Positions 10,190 through 18,842 of a stretch of 64,000 nucleotides of DNA are shown in pieces (the first letter of the stretch is position 1; every line of letters starts with the position of its first letter). The stretch covers positions 26,056-90,055 of the forward strand of contig JAGLOO010000047.1 in NCBI GenBank assembly GCA_023138875.1, read 5' to 3'. The DNA comes from Bacteroidales bacterium. Its GTDB lineage: Bacteria > Bacteroidota > Bacteroidia > Bacteroidales > GCA-2748055. Position numbers and translations under genes: made by a program. The notes under the pieces were generated by a model. The model was given only the letters and a program-made list of their open reading frames with translations. It ran no database searches and was not told the origin of the DNA.

Positions 10190-10661
10190 ACTATTTTAAA
10201 TTTTAATTACAGAACAAAAGTATGTAGTACGAAACTTAAGAAATTGTATATTTTAAACACGCTAAAATAATTTGAAGTTGTAATTAATGATTTTGCTTTC
10301 CGTATCAGCTAATTTTATTAATGCTTGGTAATCTGATGGTGTTTATTTCTCTTATATGCGTTTTTTCTGGATAGCTTATTCAACAAGCATTCCAGAGTAT
10401 TTAATGCTTAAATCAAAGTAAGATCTTTTGCAAATCCCAATATCCCTTAATACGGAAATATGGAAGAATCGATACATGTTGTTGAATAGACTCATGAAGA
10501 TGTCGGGGTTGATGGCACTACTAATCTAACGAAAATCAAAATGAATCATTGTGAGGATGGGAATAATTGCCAAAACAGGCCCCAAATAAGCCCCATTTCT
10601 GGCAGATCTCCGCTTTGGAGTATGATGCCAGTGAAAGCGTAAAATCCAATGTTGGTGAAAT

Positions 10662-10697
10662 CAAAAAGGCAGCTACAAGAATTATGTTGTAACTGCC
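10662..10697 (-). terminator. Intrinsic terminator downstream of tRNA-Arg
   Basis: Hairpin GGCAGCTACAA / TTGTAACTGCC (10 of 11 pairs) at 10668-10697, followed on the minus strand by TTTTT. Confidence 0.55.
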
Positions 10698-10708
10698 TTA
10701 TTATCAAG

Positions 10709-10782
10709 TGAACTAGAGAGGAGTCGAACCCCCAACCTCCTGATCCGTAGTCAGGTGCTCTATCCAGTTGAGCTACTAGTCC
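10709..10782 (-). tRNA. tRNA-Arg (anticodon ACG)
   Basis: The reverse complement, GGACTAGTAGCTCAACTGGATAGAGCACCTGACTACGGATCAGGAGGTTGGGGGTTCGACTCCTCTCTAGTTCA, folds as a cloverleaf. The acceptor stem is GGACTAG/CTAGTTC, the D arm is GCTC..GAGC, the anticodon stem is CCTGA/TCAGG with loop CTACGGA, and the T loop is TTCGACT. No CCA is encoded. Confidence 0.9.
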
Positions 10783-10853
10783 AGTATTTCAATTTCTTTT
10801 ATTTCTACCCACCGGAGAAAAAGCTGTCTTATACGCAACCTTAGAAGCGACTG

Positions 10854-10861
10854 CAAATTTA
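10854..10861 (-). promoter_or_regulatory. Candidate Bacteroidota -7 promoter box (TAAATTTG) for tRNA-Arg
   Basis: The minus strand reads TAAATTTG, matching TAnnTTTG, about 70 nt upstream of the mature tRNA 5' end. Confidence 0.3.
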
Positions 10862-11293
10862 AACAATTCAGTACAATACCAAAACACTTTACCCATATTT
10901 CCAGGGCCAACGCATTTAAAACTCAGGAATTAGGTTTCTGTCAACATTTTTCAGATGATTATTAACAGGGTTTTCTCGCTTATTCGTGCTGTTGTAGCTG
11001 ATATCTTTCTTAAAAATTCCCTTCTCCGTCTTTCAAGATCTGAATGTCACATCATTGTAACATTTCAACCTGGGAAGCAGGATATAAGTATTCCCCCAAC
11101 TCTTTAAATATCAGTTGTATATAATCTTGATGGCAGTAAGGCTATCAAATATGAATGTAACAACAGTGTGATATTAGTATCTTCTGAAATGAAGACTCCT
11201 TTTTCCTGCTTTGTACGATGGGATAATGAGTTCTAGCTAAAAATCCTCACAATTTAAATGCGTTGGCCCTGCCCATATTTTACGTTCCTTTCA

Positions 11294-11301
11294 TATATTT
11301 G
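11294..11301 (+). promoter_or_regulatory. Candidate -7 promoter box (TATATTTG) for the asmA-like gene
   Basis: Matches TAnnTTTG, 17 nt upstream of the ATG at 11318. Confidence 0.35.
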
Positions 11302-11317
11302 TTTAAAACCGGTTGTT

Positions 11318-14137
11318 ATGAAGAAATTCCTCAGGATCTTGCTAATTACCATTGGTGCAATATTCATTTTGCTGATCACCCTGCCCATTCTGTTTAAATC
11401 GAAGATTGAGGCATTTGTGAAAGAGCAGGTCAACCAGAATGTCTATGCGACGGTGGACTGGTCCAGGTTCGGGATCTCTATGATCAGGGGATTCCCTGAC
11501 CTGAGTATAAACCTTCACCAGGTTTCGGTGGTTGGAGTGGAGCCTTTTAAGGGCGACACCCTGGTGGGTTTGAAACGGTTCGAATTCAGGGTAAATCCCT
11601 TCAGTGCTATCCGCAAGAATCTGCAGGTAAAGTCGATCTTGCTGGATCGGCCCCTGATCAACGGAATTGTCCTTGAGGATGGTACGGCCAACTGGGATAT
11701 TGTTCCGGAGACAGAGATTGAAGACGGTGATGTGGAGGTAGACACTATGAAGGGTCCTGATACGGAATCGGGGACATCCATGGGTTTAACCCTTAAACGG
11801 TTTGCCATCAGGGATGGACGTATATATTATAAGGATGAGATGTTGGATGTAGATGCATCCCTGGAGGGTTATAATATGGAACTGACAGGAGACTTTTCGA
11901 TGGACCAGACCGAGCTTACCCTGAAGATGATGATAAACAGGATCAATGCAAAATACGAAGGGATACGCTATATGAGGGATGGCAGCTTTGGACTTGATCT
12001 GATTGCTGCAGCCAACATGGTTGATAATGTTTATACCCTGCAAAAGAATCAGATCAGTTTGAACGGACTGGTACTTGGCGCAGAAGGGGTGGTTTCCCTG
12101 ATGGAAGATGGTGCCATGGATATAGACCTGAACTTTTTTTCGCAGGAAACTTCATTTCATACACTACTTTCCTTGGTACCGGCTATTTACCTGACGGAAT
12201 TTGAAACCCTTAAGACCAGTGGAAACCTGCAACTGGACGGGAGTGTTACAGGAATCATGAAAGATTCAATACTACCCGATGCAACCCTGAACCTGGTGGT
12301 GTCAGATGGCTATTTTGCTTATCCCGACCTGCCGAAAGATGTTTCCGATGTACAGATCCGTCTGAATGTGGATTACAGGGGGACAAATATGGATGAAACC
12401 ACAGTGGACCTTAATGAATTTCACATGTTGATCGGGGGGAATCCATTCGATATGAACCTTCATGTTGCCCATCCGATCAGCGATATGCATGTGGCCGGAA
12501 AGGCCCTGGGAATGATCGACTTTGCTTCGCTCCAGGACGTGATCCCGCTGGAAGACGTTAGACTGGAAGGCCGGCTTGAGACAGATTTTAGCTGGGATAC
12601 GCGATTGTCTTACATCGAGCAGGAACAGTTCGAAAAGGTGGATATGGCAGGCAGCCTGGTTATCGAGGGGGTTCGGCTGGCTGCGCCCGAAATTCCTGTA
12701 GAAGTAAAACTTCAGCGACTGGAGCTGGATTTCAATCCAAGGATTGTGGACCTGGTTACCCTGGATCTCATTCTGGGATCTTCAGACCTGCATATGGAAG
12801 GGAAGCTTACCAATTTCATTCCGTACATATTTGATGATCAGACCATATCGGGATCACTGAATATCTCTTCCGGCTTACTTGATGTAAATGAGTTGCTTCC
12901 TGAGCTTGAGGAGGATTCAGTTGCTGTCATCAGTGAAATGCCTGCAGATTCCATTGCTGAACCGGCCCAGGTGAGGATTCCGGAAAATATCGATTTCATC
13001 ATGGCGCTGGATCTGAAAAAAGTGATCTATGATCAGATCCTGGTTGAGAATATCTTCGGGAATATGGTAGTAAGAGAAGGTGTAGCTAACCTGGAGCAGT
13101 TGAAAATGGATATTATAGAGGGAACTGTAACTTCAACCGGAATGGTAGACACCCGTGGGGAATTCGCGGAAGTAAATGTTTCACTTGAAATGAAAGGAGT
13201 GGATATCCCTGCATCCTATGAAACGTTTATGACAGTAGAACGATTGGCACCCATGGCTAAATACTGTAAAGGGACCGCCAATGTGAAGATGCAGTATCAC
13301 TCTCTGCTGGATGCCTCCTTCAGTCCTGTTTACCATTCCATCGATGCAAAGGGACGCGTTTTCACGAGCGGACTGCAGATTTATAATCTAAATACTTTCG
13401 TACGCCTGAGTGAGCTTCTGAAGAATGAGAAATTCAGGGATATGGCCCCGGACGAAGTGGATTTGGGATTTACCATCAGGGAGGGTCGTGTAATGGTCGA
13501 TCCTTTTGATATGGATTTTGATGACTCAAAAATAACGGTTTCCGGTTCTCATGGCATCGACCAGACCATGGATTATCTGCTGGATATGCAGATCGCAAAG
13601 AGTGACCTGGGAGCGGAGGCCAATGAATTGATGAGCGGTATAACAGCCCTGGCTGCCGGTGCCGGATTTCAGATCCCTCAATCGGATAATGTGAAGGTAA
13701 AGGCAAGGATTACCGGTACATTCAATGATCCAAAGGTAACTACCGACTTCAGTGAGAATCTGAAATCAGCGGGGGAGTCTGTAAAAGCTACGGTTAAGGA
13801 GAAGATTACTGAAGAGGTGGAGAAGGTGGAAGAAAAGGTACGAGATGAAGCCAGTGAAAAGGCAGAGAAGATAATCAGTGATGCAGAGGCTGAAGCAGAA
13901 CGGTTGGTTGAACAGGCCCGGAAAGCAGGAGATGACCTTGTTAAGGAGGCTGAGCTACAGGGAGAGAATCTTATAAAAGAAGCGGGCAATAATCCGTTCA
14001 AACAGATTGCTGCAAAGAAAGCAGCTGAAGAGTTGAAGCGCCAGGCTCAGAAACAATCGGATAACCTGGTGCGTGAGGCTGAGGTGAAAGCGGATGAGAT
14101 CATTGAAAAGGCCAGGGAAAAAGCGGAAAAGCTCTGA
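11318..14137 (+). CDS. AsmA-family outer-membrane assembly protein
   Basis: The track ORF starts at 11258. The ATG at 11318 gives MKKFLRILLITIGAIFILLITLPILF, an N-terminal anchor. The body is long and beta-rich, and the C-terminal tail is made of K/E/A-rich helical repeats. Confidence 0.75.
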   Translation: MKKFLRILLITIGAIFILLITLPILFKSKIEAFVKEQVNQNVYATVDWSRFGISMIRGFPDLSINLHQVSVVGVEPFKGDTLVGLKRFEFRVNPFSAIRKNLQVKSILLDRPLINGIVLEDGTANWDIVPETEIEDGDVEVDTMKGPDTESGTSMGLTLKRFAIRDGRIYYKDEMLDVDASLEGYNMELTGDFSMDQTELTLKMMINRINAKYEGIRYMRDGSFGLDLIAAANMVDNVYTLQKNQISLNGLVLGAEGVVSLMEDGAMDIDLNFFSQETSFHTLLSLVPAIYLTEFETLKTSGNLQLDGSVTGIMKDSILPDATLNLVVSDGYFAYPDLPKDVSDVQIRLNVDYRGTNMDETTVDLNEFHMLIGGNPFDMNLHVAHPISDMHVAGKALGMIDFASLQDVIPLEDVRLEGRLETDFSWDTRLSYIEQEQFEKVDMAGSLVIEGVRLAAPEIPVEVKLQRLELDFNPRIVDLVTLDLILGSSDLHMEGKLTNFIPYIFDDQTISGSLNISSGLLDVNELLPELEEDSVAVISEMPADSIAEPAQVRIPENIDFIMALDLKKVIYDQILVENIFGNMVVREGVANLEQLKMDIIEGTVTSTGMVDTRGEFAEVNVSLEMKGVDIPASYETFMTVERLAPMAKYCKGTANVKMQYHSLLDASFSPVYHSIDAKGRVFTSGLQIYNLNTFVRLSELLKNEKFRDMAPDEVDLGFTIREGRVMVDPFDMDFDDSKITVSGSHGIDQTMDYLLDMQIAKSDLGAEANELMSGITALAAGAGFQIPQSDNVKVKARITGTFNDPKVTTDFSENLKSAGESVKATVKEKITEEVEKVEEKVRDEASEKAEKIISDAEAEAERLVEQARKAGDDLVKEAELQGENLIKEAGNNPFKQIAAKKAAEELKRQAQKQSDNLVREAEVKADEIIEKAREKAEKL

Positions 14138-14185
14138 GTTTCCCCTTAAATTCTGCTTCATTAAGCAGTTTCTTTATTCTGGAAA

Positions 14186-14227
14186 TAAAAAAGGCTGAAT
14201 CTTTCGAAACAGCCTCGTTTTTATTTT
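14186..14227. terminator. Bidirectional intrinsic terminator between asmA-like and rplS
   Basis: Stem AGGCTG (14192-14197) / CAGCCT (14210-14215), flanked by an A-run upstream and a T-run downstream. Confidence 0.55.
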
Positions 14228-14586
14228 GATTCAGGTACCTGGAATTTCCTCTCCTTGATACGTGCTTTCTTACCGGTAAGCTCCCGGAAATAGAAAATGC
14301 GGGCCCTTCTTACGCGACCGTATTTGTTGATTTCAATCTTATCAATAAATGGCGATGCTGAAGGGAAGATCCTTTCTACACCAATGTTCCCGGACATTTT
14401 CCGTACAGTGAAAGTTTCTGTATTCCCTTTTCCGCGTCGCTGGATCACTACTCCCCTGAATTGCTGGATACGCTCTTTGTTTCCCTCTTTGATCTTATAG
14501 TGAACGGTAATGGTATCACCGGCACTGAACTTGGGCAATTCAGTCTGGGGAGCATATTCCTGGTCTACAACCTTCATTAAATCCAT
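14221..14586 (-). CDS. rplS: 50S ribosomal protein L19
   Basis: 121 aa. [44 protein letters not shown] is the classic L19 sequence. Confidence 0.95.
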   Translation of the reverse strand: MDLMKVVDQEYAPQTELPKFSAGDTITVHYKIKEGNKERIQQFRGVVIQRRGKGNTETFTVRKMSGNIGVERIFPSASPFIDKIEINKYGRVRRARIFYFRELTGKKARIKERKFQVPESK

Positions 14587-14630
14587 GATTCTATACTTTA
14601 TGGTTTTCTACACCTTGATTTTACAGGTCG

Positions 14631-14638
14631 CAAAAGTA
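14631..14638 (-). promoter_or_regulatory. Candidate -7 promoter box (TACTTTTG) for rplS
   Basis: The minus strand reads GTACTTTTGCG and matches TAnnTTTG, about 45 nt upstream of the rplS ATG. Confidence 0.35.
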
Positions 14639-14695
14639 CAAATATTTTTCTATTAGTAATAGTATATACCGAGAATTATTAACAACCCATTGTTA

Positions 14696-16381
14696 TTAAT
14701 GGGCATCCTGTTTGGGCATTCTCAACTTCTTTCCAGTATCTTTTGCTACCATTTCTTTCCATCTCTCTGAATACCCTGGCTGGTCAGGTCCCAGGGGATA
14801 CCCATCGGGACTTCTCAGGAATTCACCATTTTCCTCCTTTTTAATGTTTCCGTCAATGTATTTCACAAGCAGGAACTGTCCCAGTTCTTTGTACCTTTTG
14901 ACAGTGTAATCTCCCATGCTGACCGAATAGTTGGTGATAAATTCCCTTGCCATTTCCGGATTGGTTTCAAAGAGCACCGCAGCAGCAGCATCTATTGCGG
15001 GGACCTCAGCAAGAAATTTTTGTTCAAGCTCTGATTGTACCTTGTGTACATCCTCCATCATCACATTGTACCTGAGGTAGCTGAAATTGGAGACAAAGCT
15101 GAATGTCCAGAAAGCTGAAGTTTCCGAATAGGTGAGCAAATCACCGTTGCCTACAGCATAGGAATCGGGAACCCTGGTCATTCCACAGTACATAGGTACG
15201 TATGTGGTTGCAGCGGCATCATCAATACCAAACCAGAAGATCCCTCCAAGGAAATCTGGTTTGACAGACCTGCTTTCAGCCACAAAAGAAAATCCTGTTT
15301 GCTGTGTGGCAGCGGCCCTTTCATTGCAATACATTTTGCCATCAGTTTCCCATGTAAGTGGTCTCCAGCGATAGGGGAGGCCAAAAGGTCCTGCTCCTGC
15401 ATCCTTGGTCATATCGAGTTCGGTACCTTCAAGGTGATCCCTCATGAAATCCATCAGGTCAGCATTGGATAATTTCCGGTTCGGTTTGATGTAAAGAGGC
15501 ATCCGGTTATCCAGCTCCTGTCCTTTCACATATTCAAGGTATTGATCCATGTCATCATTGATCTCCTTGAAGAAAGACCAGACACGCACTTCGCAAAATC
15601 TTGCTCCACCGAAATCAACAGGTGCATAAGTGTCAGAAAAACTGAAATTCTCATCGGTTCCTTCATAATATTCTTTTTCGCGTGCAAACGTGATTACATC
15701 GGGAGCATAGAGGCAGTTATCGGGATCATCCTGTGGGAATTGCCGGATCCTGGCCTGGTTGGCATGCCCCGATACATAACCATCAGGAATCCGGACAGCA
15801 ACCCATACAGCCCCTTTGTTTTTATTATAGGTCTTGCCGCCCTCTGTAACCATTCCGGTTCCTTTGCCAATCAGTTCCATGATCCACACTTCGTTGGGAT
15901 CAGCAATGGAGAAAGATTCACCGGAGCTGCAATAACCATGTTCAGCCACCAGTTCACCCATGATGTTCACCGCTTCCCTGGCAGTTCTGGCCCTTTGAAG
16001 GGTGATGTACATCAGACTTCCGTAATCGATAATTCCGGTTGTATCCACCAGTCCTTTTCTTCCGCCATAAGTGGTTTCGCCAATGGCAACCTGATGTTCA
16101 TTCATGTTGCCCACCACCGAATAGGTATGTGAAATCTGGGGGATCCTTCCAAGGAATTTATTGGTATCCCACTCGTACACATCCAGCAGGGTGCCTGCCG
16201 GATAATCTGCTGCCGGTCTGAAATACAACTCTCCATACAATACATGTGCATCGGCAGCATAAGTGATCATTGCCGTGCCATTCACTGATGCTCCCGGGGT
16301 TACCAGGAAGTTGGTACATCCAAGCAGGTTGCTGCTCCATAAGGTCATTAAGATTCCTGTTAATAATACTGCTCTTTTCAT
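14696..16381 (-). CDS. Peptidase family C69 dipeptidase (secreted)
   Basis: A signal peptide is followed by the nucleophile Cys context LLGCTNFLVTPGASVNGTAMITYAADAH, which is typical of C69 dipeptidases. Confidence 0.8.
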   Translation of the reverse strand: MKRAVLLTGILMTLWSSNLLGCTNFLVTPGASVNGTAMITYAADAHVLYGELYFRPAADYPAGTLLDVYEWDTNKFLGRIPQISHTYSVVGNMNEHQVAIGETTYGGRKGLVDTTGIIDYGSLMYITLQRARTAREAVNIMGELVAEHGYCSSGESFSIADPNEVWIMELIGKGTGMVTEGGKTYNKNKGAVWVAVRIPDGYVSGHANQARIRQFPQDDPDNCLYAPDVITFAREKEYYEGTDENFSFSDTYAPVDFGGARFCEVRVWSFFKEINDDMDQYLEYVKGQELDNRMPLYIKPNRKLSNADLMDFMRDHLEGTELDMTKDAGAGPFGLPYRWRPLTWETDGKMYCNERAAATQQTGFSFVAESRSVKPDFLGGIFWFGIDDAAATTYVPMYCGMTRVPDSYAVGNGDLLTYSETSAFWTFSFVSNFSYLRYNVMMEDVHKVQSELEQKFLAEVPAIDAAAAVLFETNPEMAREFITNYSVSMGDYTVKRYKELGQFLLVKYIDGNIKKEENGEFLRSPDGYPLGPDQPGYSERWKEMVAKDTGKKLRMPKQDAH

Positions 16382-16576
16382 ATTTCCCTCAACTTTTAAC
16401 TTTTAGACTTTTGATTATCGGCTTAAAGATTCCACTTTTATCCTTAACTACCAACAGATCCTATTGAATAACATAAGAAATCTTGCGGGATTTCCGCTAT
16501 GTATTTATACTTGCGGCATAATTTTTGTAGTTATTTAAAAGAAGTAGTTTAGTTGGTAGTTTTAGTTAGTTAGGTA

Positions 16577-16607
16577 GAAAAGGGTATGTCGCCAGACGGC
16601 CCTTTTC
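16577..16607 (-). terminator. Intrinsic terminator after the alcohol dehydrogenase gene
   Basis: 8-bp stem GAAAAGGG (16577-16584) / CCCTTTTC (16600-16607), immediately downstream of the minus-strand stop at 16614. Confidence 0.5.
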
Positions 16608-16613
16608 TTTCTT

Positions 16614-17753
16614 TTAGAACACGTATGTCAGCAACTCTTCGCGTTCCGGATCAGAAAGTTTGTGGTGGATTCCTTCGGCATGGTTCTTATTCATCAATTC
16701 GAGGATCTCATTTCGGTGTGATGCATCAATGCCGGCATCAGCGCATTTCACCGGACTTCCAAGCAAAGAAAAGTAAGCCTTAAACTCCTTAATGGTCTCA
16801 TCCACATCGGATTTTCCAAATAACTCAAGGCCCAGTTGCTCAATCCTGTTTTTTGCCCTCATTTTCATTACTTTCATCCAGGCCGGGTACAGGATGGAAA
16901 GGGTTGCGCCGTGTGGTGTGTCGTAAAGGAAAGAGAGCACATGTCCCAGTGCATGTACGCCCCAGTCGCCTGAAGATCTGCCATATATGGTCAGGTTATT
17001 CAGGGCATTGGTAGCAGCCCACATGATCCTTGCCCTGAGGTCATAATTTCCGGTATCGTTCATCAGGGCAGGGCCGTATTCCAGGGCCTCCCTGATAATG
17101 GATACAACAAATCGATCAGACAGGGATGCATCCCCCTCCCCAAACCAGGCTTCCAGGCTATGGGCAATCAGGTCCACAGTACCAAATGCAGTGTAGTTTG
17201 AAGGAACTGAAAGTGTATAGGTTGGATCAAGGAAAGAATGGGCGGGATACAGAAGGTCATTTTTAAAACCGATTTTCTCCCTGGTCTCATGGTTTTGAAG
17301 TACGGCTATTGCATTCATTTCGGTTCCCGTTGCAGCCAGTGTGAGTACAGCAATGATCGGCAAAGCCCCGGAAGGTTCATGCTTGCCGGTCATTACCTTC
17401 CAGGCATCACAATCATCTGGAATACAAATGGCAATGATCTTTGCCGAGTCGATCACACTTGCTCCTCCTACAGCGACAACCATATCCACGCCTGCTTCCT
17501 GTCCGGTTTTTACTGCTTCCTTCACATCATCCACCGCCGGATTTGGTTTGATCCCACTGATTTCTGTAACACCGATACCTTGTTCCTCCAGCTGTTTAAG
17601 GGTGTCTGAGTAGCTGCCGTTCCGCAGGACAGAACCCCCTCCATACACCAGAAGGGCGTGTTTTCCAAGTTGTGATGCATTGATTCCAAGGTCGTTTACT
17701 ACTCCACTACCAAAGTGAAGCTTTGTAGGATTGTAGGCAATAAAGTTGTTCAT
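16614..17753 (-). CDS. Iron-containing (group III) alcohol dehydrogenase, YqhD/butanol-dehydrogenase-like
   Basis: 379 aa. Contains LLVYGGGSV and VVAVGGGSVIDSAK-like (VVAVGGASVIDSAKII) nucleotide-binding motifs and the His-rich metal site (HALGHVLS). Confidence 0.85.
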   Translation of the reverse strand: MNNFIAYNPTKLHFGSGVVNDLGINASQLGKHALLVYGGGSVLRNGSYSDTLKQLEEQGIGVTEISGIKPNPAVDDVKEAVKTGQEAGVDMVVAVGGASVIDSAKIIAICIPDDCDAWKVMTGKHEPSGALPIIAVLTLAATGTEMNAIAVLQNHETREKIGFKNDLLYPAHSFLDPTYTLSVPSNYTAFGTVDLIAHSLEAWFGEGDASLSDRFVVSIIREALEYGPALMNDTGNYDLRARIMWAATNALNNLTIYGRSSGDWGVHALGHVLSFLYDTPHGATLSILYPAWMKVMKMRAKNRIEQLGLELFGKSDVDETIKEFKAYFSLLGSPVKCADAGIDASHRNEILELMNKNHAEGIHHKLSDPEREELLTYVF

Positions 17754-17761
17754 GGTGTTAT

Positions 17762-18832
17762 TTATTTTTTGTTTTCGTGAATGATTCCGGCGGAAAGATC
17801 ACTTTTGCCACCGGTAGCACTGGCAAGGCAATTGATATCACCCAGCATCCTTAATAAACCAAGCAATGCAAATACCAGCGCTTCTTTAAACTGAACCAGC
17901 AGATCATCAGGTATGCGTATCCGGGCTTCTGCATGATTCTGTAACCTCTCCATCAGCATTTGGTTCAACGCACCTCCCCCTGATGCAAGCACCGAATCTA
18001 TCCCGGACGAGTTTATTGCGGAGGAAATCTGTATGGCAATATGTTCCACAAGGGTGGCCATCCGGTCACTAATGGGCAGGTTTTCTTTGTCAATCTCAGG
18101 CAGGAAAGTATCCAGGAACCATTCTCTACCCAAAGATTTTGGAGGATGGGTACTGTAGTAGTCCAGGTTATTCAGGGTATTGAGTAAACCTGTATGCACA
18201 TGGCCCTGCCGTGCAATGGATCCATTATGATCGTAGTCGAGGCCCATTAATCCTGCAATCCGGTTTAAGGCCATGTTCGCCGGACAGACATCATAAGCAA
18301 TTCTCTGGTTGAACTTGTCTTCATAGGAGATATTGGCAAATCCGCCCAGGTTCAGGCATGCATCATAGTTGCCAAAAAGTAACCTGTCACCCACGGGTAC
18401 AAGTGGTGCTCCCTCTCCTCCCTGTGCTACATCTTCCTTTCTGAAATCATTGACCACTGTCAATCCGGTTTTTTCCGCCATGATCCCACCATGGCCTGCC
18501 TGGTAAGTAATTCCTTTATCTGGTTCGTGCAGGATGGTATGTCCGTGTGATGAGATAAGGTCCGGGGCAAGGTTGTGAATGGAGTGGAATTGATTGATCT
18601 GGGATGCAAAAAACTCCCCTAATTCAATATTTAGCTTATCAATTTTCTCCATGCTCCATTTGCATGCCTGTTCGAGCTTATCCCTGGTATCAACAGGATA
18701 AGGGAGGGTTTCTGCTGCAATGATCCTGAACCTCCACCCAGACCCATCCCTGGAGAACTCGCAACAGGCCAGGTCAACACCATCCAGGGATGATCCCGAC
18801 ATTAGTCCGGTTACTGTGTACATATCAGTCAT
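17762..18832 (-). CDS. anmK: Anhydro-N-acetylmuramic acid kinase
   Basis: The N-terminal GLMSGSSLDGVDLA motif and overall length (356 aa) are typical of AnmK. Confidence 0.85.
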   Translation of the reverse strand: MTDMYTVTGLMSGSSLDGVDLACCEFSRDGSGWRFRIIAAETLPYPVDTRDKLEQACKWSMEKIDKLNIELGEFFASQINQFHSIHNLAPDLISSHGHTILHEPDKGITYQAGHGGIMAEKTGLTVVNDFRKEDVAQGGEGAPLVPVGDRLLFGNYDACLNLGGFANISYEDKFNQRIAYDVCPANMALNRIAGLMGLDYDHNGSIARQGHVHTGLLNTLNNLDYYSTHPPKSLGREWFLDTFLPEIDKENLPISDRMATLVEHIAIQISSAINSSGIDSVLASGGGALNQMLMERLQNHAEARIRIPDDLLVQFKEALVFALLGLLRMLGDINCLASATGGKSDLSAGIIHENKK

Positions 18833-18842
18833 GGCAAGGTTT

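Noticed and set aside
10560-10700. Membrane-protein-like peptide on the minus strand (..FDFTNIGFYAFTGIILQSGDLPEMGLIWGLFWQLFPSSQ*) as a pseudogene remnant
   Set aside because: It has no start codon, the frame runs into the tRNA and its terminator hairpin, it is only about 45 codons long, and no family motif was recognised. This is not enough to call a pseudogene.
6820-10708. att-site direct repeat of the tRNA-Arg 3' end delimiting an integrated element
   Set aside because: Visual search of the spacers in the low-GC tract found no copy of GAGTCGAACCCCCAACC or its neighbours, and no integrase is present. The islet idea is kept only as a compositional observation.
13678-14001. 107-aa S/A/F-rich ORF on the minus strand
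   Set aside because: It is the complement of the K/E/A-rich repeat coding of the asmA-like tail. This is a low-complexity artefact.
15542-16132. 196-aa ORF on the plus strand
   Set aside because: It is antisense to the C69 dipeptidase gene and has no motifs, so it is judged a shadow ORF. The same reasoning applies to 5899-6390, 52582-53025, 1597-1986, 2022-2453, 37770-38117 and 4-228.
16382-16575. Short tandem words (ACTTTT x3 near 16392-16412, TAGTT-rich run at about 16540-16575) in the dipeptidase upstream spacer
   Set aside because: These are very short, imperfect and irregularly spaced (7 and 8 nt). That is consistent with ordinary AT-rich promoter or UP-like sequence, and there is no evidence of a functional repeat element.
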